NCBI GenBank assembly: GCA_002104945.1
Contig: MCFH01000080.1
Coordinates: forward strand, 1 to 64,000
Length of the DNA: 64,000 nt
Origin: Piromyces finnis finn
Lineage: Eukaryota; Fungi; Neocallimastigomycota
Direction: 5' to 3'
The stretch's first letter is position 1, and every line of letters begins with the position of its first letter. A program made the translations under genes and the position numbers. Below, in pieces: positions 13,715-24,780 of this stretch. The notes below the pieces were generated by a model. That model did no database searches and was not told the origin of the DNA. It worked only from the letters and a program-made list of their open reading frames with translations.

Positions 13715-14422
13715 TTATAATACTCTTCTGAGTTTACATGGTTTTCCATAGTAACTATTCTTATTAATGTTAGTATCTTCAACAATACCTCTCTTAGAAT
13801 TGGCAGCATGAACAATTTTGTAACTTCCTTCATAAAGAGCAACATGAGTAACTTTTCCATCAGTACAGTAGAATAATAAATCACCAGCTTTAGCATTACT
13901 TAAGGAAGAAACACTTGTTCCTGAATTAGCTTGATCAGAAGAAACTCTTGGAATGGTAATTCCAAAGTTTCCGAAAACAAGCTTTGTAAAACCTGAACAA
14001 TCACATCCATTAGTAAGACTATTTCCACCCCAAACATATGGATTACCTATATATTTTCTAGCAAAGTTAACAACTTCAGTTCCAGAAGGTTTTTTTACTG
14101 AACCAGGTGGTGGTGCAGTTACACAACATTTGAAGTTAGAGCCACCTGGACATAATCCTGAATAAGTAGTTCCGGTACAATCAGAGGTGAATTTGCATGA
14201 ACCAACAGCACCATTTGGAGCAACACATTTTGTTTTGTTACAACATTTAACATTGCTTGGATCATTTGGACATTTTCCACTAACATAAGTACCACCAGCA
14301 TTAGTACAACTTGTAGTTGAAACACAAACACCATTTCCAGAAGAGCATCTTCCGTTAACAGCAGCGAGAGCAGCTGGAACAGAAAGTAAAAGAGATAATA
14401 CAAGATTAGTATTGAAATGCAT
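13715..14422 (-). CDS. Secreted NlpC/P60 endopeptidase with two N-terminal 6-Cys repeats (array copy A)
   Basis: Signal-peptide-like N-terminus, two C..C..C..CP..CC repeats, a TAPPPGS linker, then YVWGGNSLTNGCDCSGF (catalytic Cys), HVALY (His) and VHAAN (His). Intronless. Confidence 0.92.
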   Translation of the reverse strand: MHFNTNLVLSLLLSVPAALAAVNGRCSSGNGVCVSTTSCTNAGGTYVSGKCPNDPSNVKCCNKTKCVAPNGAVGSCKFTSDCTGTTYSGLCPGGSNFKCCVTAPPPGSVKKPSGTEVVNFARKYIGNPYVWGGNSLTNGCDCSGFTKLVFGNFGITIPRVSSDQANSGTSVSSLSNAKAGDLLFYCTDGKVTHVALYEGSYKIVHAANSKRGIVEDTNINKNSYYGKPCKLRRVL

Positions 14423-15123
14423 GTTTAATCCGCGCTTATTTATATTTTTTTTTGTATAAATATTGCAATAACTATTGTAATTAATATATTGTATTTTTTA
14501 ATTAATTATTTTAAATTTTTTTAAATATATTTTTAAAATGTTATATTTTCTATGAATAATTAATCAGAAAATAATCGTACTATTTATACAGTTTTTTTTT
14601 TTTTTATCTTATTAAATAATGCATAGATCAAAGCATATATAAAAATCTAATGATGTTAAAATATTATTTTAATACATATTTTCTATATTTTTTATATTTT
14701 CTATATTTAGAATAATTAATATTAATAATTTATATATTATTTTTTAATTATGATTTCAAATTTTATATTAAAAAATATTTGTTTTTAAATGAATATTCAA
14801 AACAAACATTGATTATAATTATTGTTATTATTTAATAATAATAATAAAAAGGAAAATGTTTCAATATACCTATTCCAGCATAAAATGAAATATTTTATAA
14901 ATTTTATAAATTAAATAAACTTTTAAAATTTTTAATTTATTATTTAATTTATGAAATATTTGTGTAACCTCATATTAAAAAAGATTATATTAAATGTTTA
15001 ATGGAAACATATGAAAATTGTACAACTTGAAACAATTTTAAATTACATACTAATATTCAAATTTATTTATAGAATTAAAGCATTGTTAAAAAATAAAAAG
15101 TATTAAAATATAGTTTAATATCA

Positions 15124-15134
15124 TAGAAAAGTAG

Positions 15135-15137
<3 letters not shown>
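15124..15137. repeat. Target-site duplication, left copy (TAGAAAAGTAGAAT)
   Basis: Identical to 18499-18512 and abuts the poly(T). The last T is ambiguous with the tail. Confidence 0.9.
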
Positions 15138-15176
<39 letters not shown>

Positions 15177-18100
15177 GGCATCAAATATTTTAAACTTTAT
15201 TATTAATTTAATTAAAATTATAATACATGAAATATAAAAATTAAAATAAAATAAAAATAAAAAAAATATGTTTAAATAAACACAAATGAATAAAAATTGG
15301 GTATAATGTATTCTAGTAATTTTAATTAAAGTAAGAAAGCCACTATCATACTAAAGTATAATAATTGTATTTGACTTCCAATGGGACACCGAGCCAAAGA
15401 TCAAAATTTTATCATGGGACAAAATTATGATCTCCATTGGTTGCGCTGGCCCTCCTGGCCTGTCTTACTGTTTCTTCAGCATTGACGCTCTTGGATGTTG
15501 CTTCAAACCTTTTGAACATTGACCATTGCTGGCCAATAGCAAAAGGCATGATTTTGGTTAGAAGTTCCGCGGTTACCGTCAAGAATGGTGTTCCTTCATT
15601 AGTACCAGATTGAATCTGACGCTTACAAAGTTCTTTCCATTCCCTTGAATTGTAATTGATATTGTTAAAACTTCTTCCCCCAAGAAGGAATTTAAATATT
15701 TTACTGCACACACTAGAATAATCATACACATTAATATTCACCGGATTATTAGAACTATTACTATCATTAACTAAATTACTATCTAAATTAGAATTATTAT
15801 CTTCACTATTGCTATCATTACTAATATTATTATTTCTATTACTACTATTGTTATTATTACTATTGTTACTATTACTATTGTTATTATTACTATTGTTACT
15901 ATTACTATTAATATTATTACTATCTCTACTGATATTATCAATTTCATTATTATTGATAGGACTATTGGAATTACGTTGACTGAAAAAATTTAATAGCTGG
16001 ACTATGGAATCATAATGTTTAATACGGATATCTCTAAATGTTGGACAATCTAATAACCAATGTTTAATACTTTGATCTCCACACTTGCAACATGGACAGT
16101 AGTTAGGACAAACTGGATCAACAAATTTGGCAGCTTTGGCAACTCTAGCATCCAACTTGTATCCGCTTCTTGCTTTCAATAGCCAGTAGAAGCCATAGGC
16201 AAACTCTGGGTACTCATAACATAATTTAATAAAATCTTTAGTTTCAATAAACTTATTATCATCATAATATTGCGCTTTGATTGAATTCCCTTTGAGATCT
16301 TTCCAATAAAAGTTTTTAACTGCTTTAACATCTCCATGTTTCTTTAATTTTTTATCAAGTGTCCTACTTGATTTGCACCACGTGTATTTTCTAAATTTAG
16401 GAATGTAATTGACAAGGTATGAGATAATACAATTTGAGTTTTTCCATTTGTTAAAACATCTAACCTGAGCTAATGCACATTTGGCTGACAATGGAGGAAT
16501 ATTCAAATCTTTTGAAATAGAGTATAAAGATATAAACGATACAGCTTTATGAACTCCGGCAACCCATCGTATTCCTTTGTTAACATGCTTCTGTGCAATA
16601 CTAGACCTGGCTTTGTTGGATCCAAGTAATGGTGCAAAGTATGAAACTCTGCTAATCACTTGTGAGTTAAGTACTAGCTTTTTGAAGGGAATAGGAATAT
16701 TAGGATTTCTTAAGAATTTACTGACTGAAAAAAGCCCTTTCAAAACCTTGTTATTAAGAGCTTTAATAACTGGTTTAAGGGACAGATTCTTATCAAATGG
16801 AACACCAAGATAAGTATAACAATCAGTAGTTGGAATGGGTTGTCCTGCTAAGTAAAATGTTGGATCTCTCTTGTTCTGATTTTCTATTGATTCAGGACGA
16901 ATCACCATCGTTGAACACTTCTGGATACCAAATTCCATTTCATTATACAAGGCCCATTCATTAACTCTTCTAAGCATCTTTTTTAAGCATCCTCTTGTTG
17001 GAGCACAAATAACTATATCATCTGCAAAAAGTCCACCACAGCATCGAGTGTCACCTAAACTGACTCCGAGATCTTCACACTCTTTAAATATATCATTAAT
17101 AAAGAGATTAAAGAGAATAGGAGAAAGAGGGCATCCTTGACGGACTCCTTTCTTCACATCAAAAGATTTCGAGAATTGTCCATCTAATTTGACATTAGCC
17201 TTAGATGTTAAATATAAATTTTTGATGAATTGTAAACTCTTACCTCGGATTCCTAAACAATCTAATTTATGGAGAATATTACCGATTGGGACTGAATCGT
17301 ATGCTTTCCTGAGATCTAAAAAGGCCAAATATGTCTCTTTATTATCTAATTGACGTCTACGGCATATTTCTTGGATTGAAATGAAAAGACTAATACTTTC
17401 TTCCTTTTTTCGAAAACCAAATTGTTCAGGTCTAATGAAATTATTCTTTAGACCATATTCTGAGATTCTAGTGGTGACAATTTTGGAAATCAACTTAATA
17501 CCATTATTGATAAGTGATATACCTCGATAGTTATCACAATCTGTCAAATCTCCCTTCTTAGGAATAGAAACAATACTGGATTCATTCCATGAGTTGGGGA
17601 AGTCTCCATCCCAAATACGGTTGAATAATTTAAGAATAAAATTTAAACCATAAGCATCATTATCTGAAGTGGTATTACCGGAAGAATTATTATCTGTAGC
17701 ATTATTAGAATCATTACTTGATGGAATTAATGCTTTGTAAAATTCAATTGGAATACCATCCGGACCTGATGCTTTATAATTCGGAGTAGAGAGGATAGCT
17801 GACTTGACTTCATCAATACTAATATCTTGGTTGATATCCCATTCATCAAGCATAGGGAGTGAAAAACGTTTATTCGTTGGTTCTTCATACCAATGCTCCA
17901 AATCAAGACTTACGCCACTTGGATCTGATGCAAGATTTTCGAAATGATCATGCCACACATCTAGTTGTTCTTCCGTAGCAACAACTAATTCTCCATTTTT
18001 ATTTTTAATTGGTTGAGCAATAAAGAAAGAATCTTTTCCAATTTTTGCAGTTTTCTTGATCCATTTCCAGGCCTTCTTAGGATTATGACTCTTCATATAC

Positions 18101-18498
18101 TCACATCCTGTTTTAATCCAATGAAGATATTCTTGTTTCCTAAATTCATTACATCTTTTGTGGATGTAATCAATGAGCTTACGGTAGATTTTAATTCTTT
18201 TAATAAATTCATCTATATCATAAATTCTTTCTTTTTTAAATCTCTTATACAACTTCATTTTGATTTTTTGGAGATTAAAAATTTGTTGTGAAATATGAAA
18301 TGAAGACTTTATAACATTATTTGCTGAGGTAATACTGAGCTCGTCTGCAATTGAAAAAGCAGTTGAAGTAAACTCTTTGGAAAGTTCATCTGTAGAAACA
18401 TTAGGATCGTTGAATTTTGCTGAAAGTATTTGGAATTTATTATGACTGAGAATAGATTCCTTTTCCTCAATACATTTTAATCTATTCCATTTCAGAAT
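15138..18498 (-). mobile_element. 5'-truncated non-LTR retrotransposon (LINE) with poly(A) tail and 14-bp TSD
   Basis: The T-run at 15137-15173 is the poly(A) tail on the minus strand. The direct repeat TAGAAAAGTAGAAT occurs at 15124-15137 and 18499-18512. There is an RT ORF inside and no endonuclease domain upstream. Confidence 0.92.
15412..18258 (-). CDS. LINE ORF2 remnant: reverse transcriptase plus C-terminal CCHC zinc knuckle
   Basis: Motifs KASGPDGIP, YRGISL, FLDLRKAYDSV, GVRQGCPLSPILF, FADD, YTYLG and CPCCKCGDQSIKHWLLDC are present. The frame stays open upstream of the ATG to the 5' junction (~18498). Confidence 0.93.
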   Translation of the reverse strand: MKLYKRFKKERIYDIDEFIKRIKIYRKLIDYIHKRCNEFRKQEYLHWIKTGCEYMKSHNPKKAWKWIKKTAKIGKDSFFIAQPIKNKNGELVVATEEQLDVWHDHFENLASDPSGVSLDLEHWYEEPTNKRFSLPMLDEWDINQDISIDEVKSAILSTPNYKASGPDGIPIEFYKALIPSSNDSNNATDNNSSGNTTSDNDAYGLNFILKLFNRIWDGDFPNSWNESSIVSIPKKGDLTDCDNYRGISLINNGIKLISKIVTTRISEYGLKNNFIRPEQFGFRKKEESISLFISIQEICRRRQLDNKETYLAFLDLRKAYDSVPIGNILHKLDCLGIRGKSLQFIKNLYLTSKANVKLDGQFSKSFDVKKGVRQGCPLSPILFNLFINDIFKECEDLGVSLGDTRCCGGLFADDIVICAPTRGCLKKMLRRVNEWALYNEMEFGIQKCSTMVIRPESIENQNKRDPTFYLAGQPIPTTDCYTYLGVPFDKNLSLKPVIKALNNKVLKGLFSVSKFLRNPNIPIPFKKLVLNSQVISRVSYFAPLLGSNKARSSIAQKHVNKGIRWVAGVHKAVSFISLYSISKDLNIPPLSAKCALAQVRCFNKWKNSNCIISYLVNYIPKFRKYTWCKSSRTLDKKLKKHGDVKAVKNFYWKDLKGNSIKAQYYDDNKFIETKDFIKLCYEYPEFAYGFYWLLKARSGYKLDARVAKAAKFVDPVCPNYCPCCKCGDQSIKHWLLDCPTFRDIRIKHYDSIVQLLNFFSQRNSNSPINNNEIDNISRDSNNINSNSNNSNNNNSNSNNSNNNNSSNRNNNISNDSNSEDNNSNLDSNLVNDSNSSNNPVNINVYDYSSVCSKIFKFLLGGRSFNNINYNSREWKELCKRQIQSGTNEGTPFLTVTAELLTKIMPFAIGQQWSMFKRFEATSKSVNAEETVRQARRASATNGDHNFVP

Positions 18499-18512
18499 TA
18501 GAAAAGTAGAAT
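18499..18512. repeat. Target-site duplication, right copy (TAGAAAAGTAGAAT)
   Basis: Identical to 15124-15137 and lies at the point where LINE-like coding sequence gives way to AT-rich flank. Confidence 0.9.
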
Positions 18513-19026
18513 ATTATTTCTTATAAATTATTATAAACCAAATTTAATTAAATTAAAATAATCATCATAATGGCAATATATTAGATTAGTTTAGCTATAA
18601 TTAAATTTCCAATAATATTTTACTATATATTTGAATTAAAATATGTATAGTACAATATGAATAATTCATAATATTATTAATCATAATTTAATAATTTTCC
18701 TAATAATATTTTGTATAATGTATATTCATTATTTTTAGTATATATAACTATTTAATAATTTTAACATAATTTAAAAGTATTGTTTTATTATTAATAAAAT
18801 AAAGAAAAAAAATGAATAAAAAAAAAGTATATAATTTTTATTATTATTATTTTATTTTTTTATTTTAAAAAATTTACATTTTTCAATTTTTTTAGTGTAT
18901 AATGTATATTTATATTTTTATTATTATTATTATTTATTTCTTTTAGGTCTATTTAATTTACTTTTTTTTCTATTAATTACTTATTTTTTTAATATCATCT
19001 TATAACTGTAATAAAATATATTAGAT

Positions 19027-19719
19027 TTATAAGACTCTTCTAATTTTACATGGATTTCCATAGTAACTATTCTTATTAATGTTAGTATCTTCAACAATAC
19101 CTCTCTTAGAATTGGCAGCATGAACAATTTTGTAACTTCCTTCATAAAGAGCAACATGAGTAACTTTTCCATCAGTACAGTAGAATAATAAATCACCAGC
19201 CTTAGCATTACTTAAAGAAGAAACACTTGTTCCTGAATTAGCTTGATCAGAAGAAACTCTTGGAATGGTAATTCCAAAGTTTCCGAAAACAAGCTTTGTA
19301 AAACCTGAACAATCACATCCATTAGTAAGACTATTTCCACCCCAAACATATGGATAACCGATATAATTTCTAGCAAAATTGACAATTTCGGTTCCAGTAA
19401 CTTTTACTGGTGCAGTTACACAACATTTGAAGTTAGAGCCACCTGGACATAATCCTGAATAAGTAGTTCCGGTACAATCAGAGGTGAATTTGCATGAACC
19501 AACAGCACCATTTGGAGCAACACATTTTGTTTTGTTACAACATTTAACATTGCTTGGATCATTTGGACATTTTCCACTAACATAAGTACCACCAGCATTA
19601 GTACAACTTGTAGTTGAAACACAAACACCATTTCCAGAAGAGCATCTTCCGTTAACAGCAGCGAGAGCAGCTGGAACAGAAAGTAAAAAAGATAATACAA
19701 GATTAGTATTGAAACGCAT
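19027..19719 (-). CDS. Secreted NlpC/P60 endopeptidase with two 6-Cys repeats (array copy B, short-linker variant)
   Basis: Same architecture with an intact Cys-His-His set. The linker and domain start differ (TAPVKVTGTEIVNFARNYIGYPY) and the end is GNPCKIRRVL. Confidence 0.92.
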   Translation of the reverse strand: MRFNTNLVLSFLLSVPAALAAVNGRCSSGNGVCVSTTSCTNAGGTYVSGKCPNDPSNVKCCNKTKCVAPNGAVGSCKFTSDCTGTTYSGLCPGGSNFKCCVTAPVKVTGTEIVNFARNYIGYPYVWGGNSLTNGCDCSGFTKLVFGNFGITIPRVSSDQANSGTSVSSLSNAKAGDLLFYCTDGKVTHVALYEGSYKIVHAANSKRGIVEDTNINKNSYYGNPCKIRRVL

Positions 19720-21291
19720 GTTTAATTTGTGATTATTTAATTTTTTAATAATTAGTTTTATTTAAATATATTTATTTATTTTTTAGTTTGATTTATTTTG
19801 CAAGAAAAAAGAAAAATATATTTGCTATTTATACTTTTTTTTTTTTCTCCGATTCAAAATTCTGATTTTGAAAAGGCTTTGTAACCATTATATTAATTTA
19901 GAAATTAATATATCATCTTATTTTTATTATCAAATATATTTGAATCAATAAATAATTTTATTAATATTATATTAATATTATATTAATTCAGATGAATAGT
20001 AGTTATTCAAAAAAAAAAAAAAATTATTAAAGGTATTATTTTTCTTTTTCTTTAAATTAATTAAATTATAATTAAAAATATTATTAAGCATCCAATAAAA
20101 TAAAATAAAAGGCTTGGATAGAAAAAAAAGTCAAATAGGTATAGAAGTAGTTTAGAAAGCTATTTACCGTATTAAATTTCAACTTTTGGGAATACAATAT
20201 AAAATAAATTTTTATATATAATATTAATTTTAATTATCCTTTAAACAAATAATAATTGTGTATGTATTAGTCATATATATTAATTTGATTAAAAAAATCT
20301 TAATAAAGAAAAATTAAAATAAAAATTAATATAATTTTTTTAAATGTAAATTTATATAAATTTTTATGAAAATAGAAAATTCTATAGAATCTATTATTTT
20401 AAAATTTCCAAAAAGTTGAATGAACACAAAATGTATTTTTTTATATTAAAAAAAAAAAAAAAAGAGTGTTTAAGAATATTTTGAGAAATATTAAGATTTA
20501 ATAAAAAAAATAAAGTGTAATGATAAATAAATAATATATAAAAAATATGTTATAAAAATACTAATAATGTTTACTCAAATATCAAGGTTATTAAATTTAA
20601 AATATTCATTCTATAGAAAATTCAAAAAAGACAAAATAATCAGTCAGTAATATTTTTCTTTAAATGAATTTTTCGATATTAAAATAATATCAATTTAATA
20701 TTTATTTACTATTGTTTTGAAGATTTTTAAAAAATTTAAAAAAATATTATAATGAATAAAGTTTTTTTCTTATTATATAAAGTAGTAATAATAATTAGAA
20801 AAAAAAGAAAATTTTATAAATAATTAAACAATAGATGAAGTTTCAATTATATTATTTTATTATATAATATTACTAATATTTCATTTTTTTATCTAATATC
20901 TTTTTGTAACCAACCATCTTTTAATTATTGCATGATATATTTATATATTGTAATTATTATTATTTTAATACTATTTCTGTATAATTATCCTATTATATAT
21001 GTATATTTATCTTGATAATAGTAAATATTATTTCATTTTTTATAATCATCTAAATATGGAAATGCAATGTAATTATGGTGTACTAATTATCACATATATT
21101 GTTTCTATGATACATATTGTAATGGAAGTTATTATTGAATATTTAGAATACATAATGTATTTTAATAGCATTTAAATATATCATTTATTATTTAGCATGA
21201 TAATTTTCATTATTAATAAAACAATTTGAAATATCTAAATATATTTAGAGTTTAAAGATTTTAATTATAACATATAAAAAGAAGAAAAGTT

Positions 21292-21463
21292 TAATATATA
21301 TAATATATGATCATAAAGTATTATGAATATTTTTATAATTATTTTATTTTTTTTTTATTTTTTTTTTTAATTATTCATAATATATATAATATATGATCAT
21401 AAAGTATTATGAATATTTTTATAATTATTTTATTTTTTTTTTATTTTTTTTTTTAATTATTCA
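21292..21463. repeat. Tandem duplication, 2 x 86 bp
   Basis: The unit starting taatatatataatatatgatcataaagtattatg occurs at 21292 and again at 21378. Confidence 0.8.
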
Positions 21464-21629
21464 AAGTTTTATGTATTTTACAATTTACATAGTGTATTTT
21501 ACATTTTTTTTTTAATCAGCATATTAATAATTTTCATTGACAATTTTTATATGCTATGCTATTATTATTGTTATAGTATAATATTATTAATTTTAATTTT
21601 TAAATATAAAACTTAAAAATATATATATA

Positions 21630-22950
21630 TTTTTTTGTAAACTAGATTTATAATACTCTTCTGAGTTTACATGGTTTTCCATAGTAACTATTCTTATTAA
21701 TGTTAGTATCTTCAACAATACCTCTCTTAGAATTGGCAGCATGAACAATTTTGTAACTTCCTTCATAAAGAGCAACATGAGTAACTTTTCCATCAGTACA
21801 ATAGAATAATAAATCACCGGCTTTAGCATTACTTAAGGAAGAAACACTTGTTCCTGAATTAGCTTGATCAGAAGAAACTCTTGGAATGGTAATTCCAAAG
21901 TTTCCGAAAACAAGCTTTGTAAAACCTGAACAATCACATCCATTAGTAAGACTATTTCCACCCTAAACATATGGATTACCTATATATTTTCTAGCAAAGT
22001 TAACAACTTCAGTTCCAGAAGGTTTTTTTACTGAACCAGGTGGTGGTGCAGTTACACAACATTTGAAGTTAGAGCCACCTGGACATAATCCTGAATAAGT
22101 AGTTCCGGTACAATCAGAGGTGAATTTGCATGAACCAATAGCACCATTTGGAGCAACACATCTTGTTTTGTTACAACATTTAACATTGCTTGGATCATTT
22201 GGACATTTTCCACTAACATAAGTACCACCAGCATTAGTGCAACTTGTAGTTGAAACACAAACACCATTTCCAGAAGAGCATCTTCCGTTAACAGCAGCGA
22301 GAGCAGCTGGAACAGAAAGTAAAAGAGATAATACAAGATTAGTATTGAAATGCATGTTTAATCCGCGCTTATTTATATTTTTTTTTGTATAAATATTGCA
22401 ATAACTATTGTAATTAATATATTGTATTTTTTAATTAATTATTTTAAATTTTTTTAAATATATTTTTAAAATGTTATATTTTCTATGAATAATTAATCAG
22501 AAAATAATCGTACTATTTATACAGTTTTTTTTTTTTATCTTATTAAATAATGCATAGATCAAAGCATATATAAAAATCTAATGATATTAAAATATTATTT
22601 TAATACATATTTTCTATATTTTTTATATTTTCTATATTTAGAATAATTAATATTAATAATTTATATATTATTTTTTAATTATGATTTCAAATTTTATATT
22701 AAAAAATATTTGTTTTTAAATGAATATTCAAAACAAACATTGATTATAATTATTGTTATTATTTAATAATAATAATAAAAAGGAAAATGTTTCAATATAC
22801 CTATTCCAGCATAAAATGAAATATTTTATAAATTTTATAAATTAAATAAACTTTTAAAATTCTTAATTTATTATTTAATTTATGAAATATTTGTGTAACC
22901 TCATATTAAAAAAGATTATATTAAATGTTTAATGGAAACATATGAAAATT
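21630..22950. repeat. Near-identical ~1.3-kb segmental duplication of ~13697-15019 (gene plus ~600 bp upstream)
   Basis: The upstream non-coding sequence matches copy A almost base for base up to atggaaacatatgaaaatt (ends 15019 and 22950) and then diverges abruptly. Confidence 0.88.
21648..22355 (-). pseudogene. NlpC/P60 array copy C with premature stop (or truncated 130-aa Cys-rich protein)
   Basis: Same 708-bp span as copy A. The codon W of YVWGG is TAG (C>T at + strand position 21964). The downstream catalytic sequence is otherwise intact to TAA at 21648-21650. Confidence 0.85.
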
Positions 22951-23423
22951 ATATATAAAAAAATAAGTGACAGTAATTATTAAAAATTGATAGTAAATTT
23001 AAAATAAAAATCATTAAATAATTATTAATATTGTTTGATATTATAAAATGAAAATGTGTTATATATGGAATGTTATTTTTAATGGCAAAAATGAGAAATA
23101 CTTATGAATATATTGAGTACAAAAAAATATAAAGTTATTTTTTCATTAAATTAATAATATCATATATAGTTATTATATAAAGAATTTAAAACTTTTATAT
23201 TAAAATATATATTTTTATTTTACTAATATTTTTTTTTTTATAATTTTAAAATATATTTTTTTTACATTATTAATGATTTTCATTTAATAATAATCTTTAA
23301 ATTTTATAATATTATAGTATACTATAATATTATTATTTTTTAATTTTTTAGTATTCTATAATATTATTATATTTTAATTTTTAAATATAAAAATTAAAAT
23401 ATATTTTTTTTTGTAAACTAGAT

Positions 23424-24125
23424 TTATAATACTCTTCTGAGTTTACATGGTTTTCCATAGTAACTATTCTTATTAATGTTAGTATCTTCAACAATACCTC
23501 TCTTAGAATTGGCAGCATGAACAATTTTGTAACTTCCTTCATAAAGAGCAACATGAGTAACTTTTCCATCAGTACAGTAGAATAATAAATCACCAGCTTT
23601 AGCATTACTTAAGGAAGAAACACTTGTTCCTGAATTAGCTTGATCAGAAGAAACTCTTGGAATGGTAATTCCAAAGTTTCCGAAAACAAGCTTTGTAAAA
23701 CCTGAACAATCACATCCATTAGTAAGACTATTTCCACCCCAAACATATGGATTACCTATATATTTTCTAGCAAAGTTAACAACTTCAGTTCCAGAAGGTT
23801 TTTTTACTGAACCAGGTGGTGGTGCAGTTACACAACATTTGAAGTTAGAGCCACCTGGACATAATCCTGAATAAGTAGTTCCGGTACAATCAGAGGTGAA
23901 TTTGCATGAACCAACAGCACCATTTGGAGCAACACATTTTGTTTTGTTACAACATTTAACATTGCTTGGATCATTTGGACATTTTCCACTAACATAAGTA
24001 CCACCAGCATTAGTACAACTTGTAGTTGAAACACAAACACCATTTCCAGAAGAGCATTTTCCATTAATAGCACCGAGAGCAGCTGGAGCGGCAATTAAAG
24101 CTAATAAAATTTTGTTGAAACGCAT
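23424..24125 (-). CDS. Secreted NlpC/P60 endopeptidase with two 6-Cys repeats (array copy D)
   Basis: The protein is identical to copy A from CSSGNGVC to the C-terminus but has a different signal peptide (MRFNKILLALIAAPAALGAINGKC). Confidence 0.92.
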   Translation of the reverse strand: MRFNKILLALIAAPAALGAINGKCSSGNGVCVSTTSCTNAGGTYVSGKCPNDPSNVKCCNKTKCVAPNGAVGSCKFTSDCTGTTYSGLCPGGSNFKCCVTAPPPGSVKKPSGTEVVNFARKYIGNPYVWGGNSLTNGCDCSGFTKLVFGNFGITIPRVSSDQANSGTSVSSLSNAKAGDLLFYCTDGKVTHVALYEGSYKIVHAANSKRGIVEDTNINKNSYYGKPCKLRRVL

Positions 24126-24780
24126 TTTGAAGTTTTTCTTTTACTTTTAAAAAGTAATAAATGGGTATAACTATTGTTTTTTAAATAATTATTTTTAAAT
24201 TGTTTATTATAAACAATATTTTTCTAAAATAAAGAAACAATTCATTATTTATATAAAAAATGTAAATTAAAAAATAATTAAAGTATGTAAAATGTTAAAT
24301 TTAGATGTAACAAATTAAAATTAATATTTCAAAAATAATATATTTTTTGTGTAATTTAATTTTTATAAAATTAGTAAAATATGGAAATTAATTTATTAAA
24401 TTATTTTATTTCAAAAAAAATTATTGATTAAAAAATATAATTTTGACATGAATTAAATTAATAAATTAAAAGATATTTTATTTTTAGAAAATTTAATCAA
24501 TGATCAAATATGATATTATAATATTATAAGAAAAAGTAATATTATAATTTTATTTTTTTCATTTTTTTTTTATTTTTTTATATGAATAATTTACATTTTT
24601 TAATAATTAAATATGTATATTTCCATTTTATTATTATTTATAATATTTAAATTCTTAACTCTAAATTATAATATTTTATAATGAGTTTATTTTAATTTTT
24701 GTAGTATATTATTCAATAGTATTTCTAATATTTCTTTATATTTATATCTCTATAAATGTATAGAATGTATAAGAATTATT

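Noticed and set aside
21963-21965. Programmed TAG read-through or stop-codon reassignment in copy C
   Set aside because: Three paralogs have TGG at this site and no other gene in the window needs an in-frame TAG. A point mutation or sequencing error is simpler.
21648-22355. Repeat-induced point mutation (RIP) acting on the duplicates
   Set aside because: The A versus C differences I noticed go in both transition directions and are sparse, and the LINE ORF is intact.
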